Translations under genes and position numbers: made by a program
Shown: positions 8,242 to 11,859 of the stretch, piece by piece
Position numbering within the stretch: position 1 is the stretch's first letter
Layout of the letters: the number at the start of each line of letters is the position of its first letter
Source of the DNA: a virus
Length of the DNA stretch: 11,859 bases
Virus genome (UHGV): UHGV-1565572
Strand: one strand, 5' to 3'
Notes under the pieces: model-generated
Told to the model about the DNA's origin: nothing
Seen by the model: only the letters and a program-made list of their open reading frames with translations
Database searches by the model: none

Positions 8242-8389
8242 GTTTCACTCCTGCTTTGGCTAGTCTGTAAACACCAACAAGGCGTTCTGCGAACGCCCTG
8301 TTATTTGCTGCGGCTACCACTAATCCCTCAGGTGAATCAGGGTGTCGAATCTCTTCTTTTTCCTGGTATTTCTTACGACGTTTTGTCAT
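8228..8389 (-). CDS. Hypothetical small basic protein (53 aa) between cII and the initiator gene
   Basis: ATG at 8387-8389 with AGGAG six nt upstream: MTKRRKKYQEKEEIRHPDSPEGLVVAAANNRAFAERLVGVYRLAKAGVKHGRR. It overlaps the initiator start by 14 nt if that gene starts at 8241. It is below the ORF-track cutoff. Confidence 0.35.
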   Translation of the reverse strand: MTKRRKKYQEKEEIRHPDSPEGLVVAAANNRAFAERLVGVYRLAKAGVKHGRR

Positions 8390-8391
8390 AA

Positions 8392-8467
8392 TTACTCCTG
8401 TGGATTGATCCAGTCTTTCTACATCAGGCCTCGAAGAATTCGCCGTTCTTCGGGGCTTTTTCTTTTG
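8392..8467 (+). ncRNA. oop: OOP-like antisense RNA, antisense to the 3' end of cII
   Basis: A plus-strand intrinsic terminator (10-bp stem 8429-8438 / 8446-8455, then CTTTTTCTTTTG) overlaps the cII 3' end. A CATAAT -10-like hexamer at 8387-8392 lies about 70 nt upstream. Partial similarity to recalled lambda oop (GATCCAGT). The 5' end is approximate. Confidence 0.45.
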
Positions 8468-8702
8468 TCAGCATTCTGGCTACTTTCTTAGCCAGTTCCG
8501 CCAACTCCTCGTCTTCAACACCCCATTCAAGAACAGCCAGAAGCATTCCCATTTTTGGGATGAAGCTGTCTTTCCATCGCGAAATTTGCGATTCATTAAT
8601 CCCTAACGCGTCGGCAACCTTTCGCTGGCCACGTACAGCAATTCGATTCAGGATGTTGCTTGTAATTGCATTCGCTTTCTTGCGAGTACTTGTAAGTTGC
8701 AT
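8424..8702 (-). CDS. cII: cII-like transcriptional activator
   Basis: 92 aa from the ATG at 8700-8702. The core ESQISRWKDSFIPKMGMLLAVLEWGV aligns to recalled lambda cII (KSQISRWKRDWIPKFSMLLAVLEWGV); the N- and C-termini diverge. The track ORF is an upstream extension. Confidence 0.8.
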   Translation of the reverse strand: MQLTSTRKKANAITSNILNRIAVRGQRKVADALGINESQISRWKDSFIPKMGMLLAVLEWGVEDEELAELAKKVARMLTKEKAPKNGEFFEA

Positions 8703-8716
8703 ATGTAAGTATTTCC
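8680..8716 (+). promoter_or_regulatory. PRE (promoter for repressor establishment) with cII-binding repeats
   Basis: TTGC-N6-TTGT at 8680-8693, followed by ATATGTAAGTATTTCC, which matches the recalled lambda PRE -10 region. It is oriented antisense to cro and reads toward cI. Confidence 0.6.
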
Positions 8717-8719
8717 TTA

Positions 8720-8781
8720 GATAACAATTGATTGAATGTATGCAAATAAATGCATACACCATAGGTGTTGTTTAATTTGAT
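8720..8781 (-). terminator. tR1 region (Rho-dependent terminator in lambda) between nutR and cII
   Basis: Near-identical to the recalled lambda tR1 region, including the palindrome TGTATGCAAATAAATGCATACA (8738-8759). Rho dependence is inferred from lambda, not visible in the sequence. Confidence 0.5.
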
Positions 8782-8813
8782 GCCCTTTTTCAGGGCTGGG
8801 ATGTGTAAGAGCG
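8782..8813 (-). promoter_or_regulatory. nutR (boxA + boxB N-utilisation site)
   Basis: On the minus strand CGCTCTTAC (boxA, 8805-8813) and GCCCTGAAAAAGGGC (boxB hairpin, 8782-8796), 9 nt after the cro stop. Matches recalled lambda nutR. Confidence 0.85.
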
Positions 8814-8821
8814 GGAATGTC

Positions 8822-10174
<1,353 letters not shown>

Positions 10175-10223
10175 TCCCCACCTCAATCTCGATAACCAAA
10201 AACAAACTATTTTTCATTTAAAA

Positions 10224-10296
10224 ACAATGGAGTTTGTTTTTCACGCCCCTTTTTACAATATTTCTTGTTTACAACATACAATCTTTCTTGTAATTT
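10224..10296 (+). promoter_or_regulatory. Left operator OL3-OL2-OL1 (434 type) with PL
   Basis: 14-mers ACAATGGAGTTTGT (10224-10237), ACAATATTTCTTGT (10255-10268) and ACAATCTTTCTTGT (10278-10291). Candidate PL: -35 TTTACA (10268-10273), a 17-bp spacer, then -10 TAATTT (10291-10296), reading toward N. Confidence 0.8.
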
Positions 10297-10335
10297 TAAG
10301 CCATCAGCAGGACGCACTGACCACCATGAAGGTGA

Positions 10336-10366
10336 GGCTCTTAAAAATTAAGCCCTGAAGAAGGGC
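10336..10366 (+). promoter_or_regulatory. nutL (boxA + boxB)
   Basis: GGCTCTTAA-AAATTAA-GCCCTGAAGAAGGGC; the boxB hairpin is at 10352-10366. Matches recalled lambda nutL except for the first base of boxA. Confidence 0.85.
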
Positions 10367-10634
10367 AGCATTCAAAGCAGAAGGCTTTGGGGTGTGGTGA
10401 AGCCAGCTAGTCACTGGCAAGTGCTTACCTACTGTTGAGCGGTGAAGCGCTCCCAACGCTAGCAATAGCGTGGACGAGATGGGGAGCCGCGGGCGATAAG
10501 GCCGCCATAACGCGCACGTTGTCGCATGGAAAAATCGCTGGGGTGCCGGTTATACCCCTCCGAATGAGACTCAACAAGCTGGAGCTAGACTACCAGCCAC
10601 CACACCACCAAAGCTAACTGACAGGAGAATCCAG

Positions 10635-10967
10635 ATGGATGCACAAACACGCCGCCGCGAACGTCGCGCAGAGAAACAGGCTCAATGGAAAGCAGCAAAT
10701 CCCCTGTTGGTTGGGGTAAGCGCAAAACCAGTTAACCGCCCTATTCTCTCGCTGAATCGCAAACCGAAATCACGAGTAGAAAGCGCACTGAATCCGATAG
10801 ACCTTACGGTACTGGCTGAATACCACGAACAGATTGAAAGCAACCTGCAACGTATTGAGCGCAAGAATCAGCGCACATGGTACAGCAAGCCACGCAGTGA
10901 AATGGGTGTGACTTGTGTTGGTCGCCAGAAAATGAAATTAGGCAGCAAACCACTGTATGAGGGGTGA
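10635..10967 (+). CDS. N: Antitermination protein N (lambda N-like, with the arginine-rich boxB-binding N-terminus)
   Basis: 110 aa, MDAQTRRRERRAEKQAQWKAANPLLVGVSAKPVNRPILSLNRKPKSRVESALNPIDLTVLAEYH...; matches recalled lambda N over about 85 residues and diverges at the C-terminus. RBS ACAGGAGAA. Confidence 0.9.
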   Translation: MDAQTRRRERRAEKQAQWKAANPLLVGVSAKPVNRPILSLNRKPKSRVESALNPIDLTVLAEYHEQIESNLQRIERKNQRTWYSKPRSEMGVTCVGRQKMKLGSKPLYEG

Positions 10968-10970
10968 TAT

Positions 10971-11222
10971 ATGGAATTTCATGAAAGTGCGATTTATGAT
11001 TTTCGCGCTAACGCAAATTCAGTAAAACCACAGCCAATTGCAGTTCTTTTTAAAACAATGGGGGCGTGGGCTGTTTTATGCTTCGCCGCTGATGACACTG
11101 ACGCAAGAATGGCAATAGGCCAAGAGATGGAGATGGACCCGACAAACGATGAATTCATAATTTATGGCGCTCCATCTAATTACTTACTTGATACCTGCAA
11201 CATTTACAACAAGGCTGCCTGA
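10971..11222 (+). CDS. Hypothetical protein (83 aa), first gene after N in the PL operon
   Basis: ATG at 10971, 3 nt after the N stop, with a GAGGGG RBS. No recognisable motif. Confidence 0.5.
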   Translation: MEFHESAIYDFRANANSVKPQPIAVLFKTMGAWAVLCFAADDTDARMAIGQEMEMDPTNDEFIIYGAPSNYLLDTCNIYNKAA

Positions 11223-11241
11223 TGGTGGCCTTTATTTTTGG
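11211..11241 (+). terminator. Candidate intrinsic terminator (tL1-like position)
   Basis: A 9-bp stem AAGGCUGCC / GGUGGCCUU (two G-U pairs) with a 4-nt loop, followed by UAUUUUUGG. It overlaps the stop of the 83-aa gene. Confidence 0.4.
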
Positions 11242-11261
11242 CATAAACAACAGAGGCTAAC

Positions 11262-11558
11262 ATGGAATTTAAAGGTACTGAAGGTAAGTGGGAAATAATG
11301 ATGGATGGCGATGAGATTAAAATCATCCAGGCAGACTCACTTGAAAATGGCGCAGGCTGGCGTTCGTATATTGCAATCTGTGAGGAAGTTCAATGCATTG
11401 AAGATGCCAATCTAATAGCGGCAGCACCAGACCTTCTCGAAGCACTTCAGTTATTACTTAAGCAATCCAAAAATAGAACAACGACAACATATCCAGAATG
11501 GTATGGAGCTGTTAATAAAGGTCTTGCAGCAATCAGCAAGGCTCTGGTAGGTGAGTGA
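11262..11558 (+). CDS. Hypothetical protein (98 aa)
   Basis: ATG at 11262 with an AGAGG RBS (MEFKGTEGKWEIMMDGDEIKIIQADSLENGAGW...). Its stop overlaps the next start (TGATG). Function unknown. Confidence 0.5.
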   Translation: MEFKGTEGKWEIMMDGDEIKIIQADSLENGAGWRSYIAICEEVQCIEDANLIAAAPDLLEALQLLLKQSKNRTTTTYPEWYGAVNKGLAAISKALVGE

Positions 11559-11758
11559 TGTGCGAGTTTTATGAAGCAGATATCAAACGCCCAGAAATGG
11601 CAAGTGATGCGACATTACGTGATTACTTCGCGGCAAAGGCTATGCAAGCAATGATTAGCAATCCATCGATTATCGATAATGATTCTGATGGAGCTGTTAA
11701 TTATGCAGCAAGCGCTGCATATAAGTTTGCAGACGCAATGCTCAAAGCTCGCGAATAA
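11558..11758 (+). CDS. Hypothetical protein (66 aa), alanine-rich
   Basis: ATG at 11558-11560 overlapping the upstream stop (MCEFYEADIKRPEMASDATLRDYFAAKAMQAMISNPSI...). A 9-bp inverted repeat GTGTATTCA-N10-TGAATACAC follows at 11764-11791. Confidence 0.45.
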   Translation: MCEFYEADIKRPEMASDATLRDYFAAKAMQAMISNPSIIDNDSDGAVNYAASAAYKFADAMLKARE

Positions 11759-11859
11759 GCACTGTGTATTCATTCCAACGAGTGAATACACGGAGCAATG
11801 TCGCTCGTAACTAAACAGGAGCCGACTTGTTCTGATTATTGGAAATCTTCTTTGCCCTC

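Noticed and set aside
10435-10617. 60-aa plus-strand ORF in the N leader (TTG start) and a 60-aa antisense ORF inside N (10682-10864)
   Set aside because: The first has a TTG start, no RBS and lies in the untranslated N leader. The second is antisense within N.

Overview
This window is a mosaic lambdoid (pro)phage, covering the immunity region, the replication module, the nin region and the start of the late operon. Gene calls marked 'recalled' rest on my memory of phage lambda, 434 and P22 sequences, not on a database search. The minus strand carries the rightward early/late operon: cro, a cII-like gene, an O-like initiator with internal ori repeats, a DnaB-like helicase, a tR2-like terminator, several small unknown ORFs, ninB, a frameshifted Dam-like methyltransferase, ninE, a NinX-like ORF, ninF, ninG, ninH, a Ser/Thr phosphatase, Q, the pR'/tR' late leader, holin S and the 5' part of endolysin R. 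The plus strand carries a 434-type cI repressor, a translationally coupled secreted-protein gene in the position lambda uses for rexAB, OL/PL, nutL, N and three small coupled unknown genes. OR1-3 and OL1-3 match the 434 operator 14-mers, while Q, S and R look lambda-identical. The best candidate for an undescribed function is the secreted-protein gene fused to the cI stop codon (9770-10174). Secondary candidates are the three genes after N, the small-ORF cluster upstream of ninB, and the frameshifted methyltransferase. No tRNA, rRNA, CRISPR array or transposase was found.
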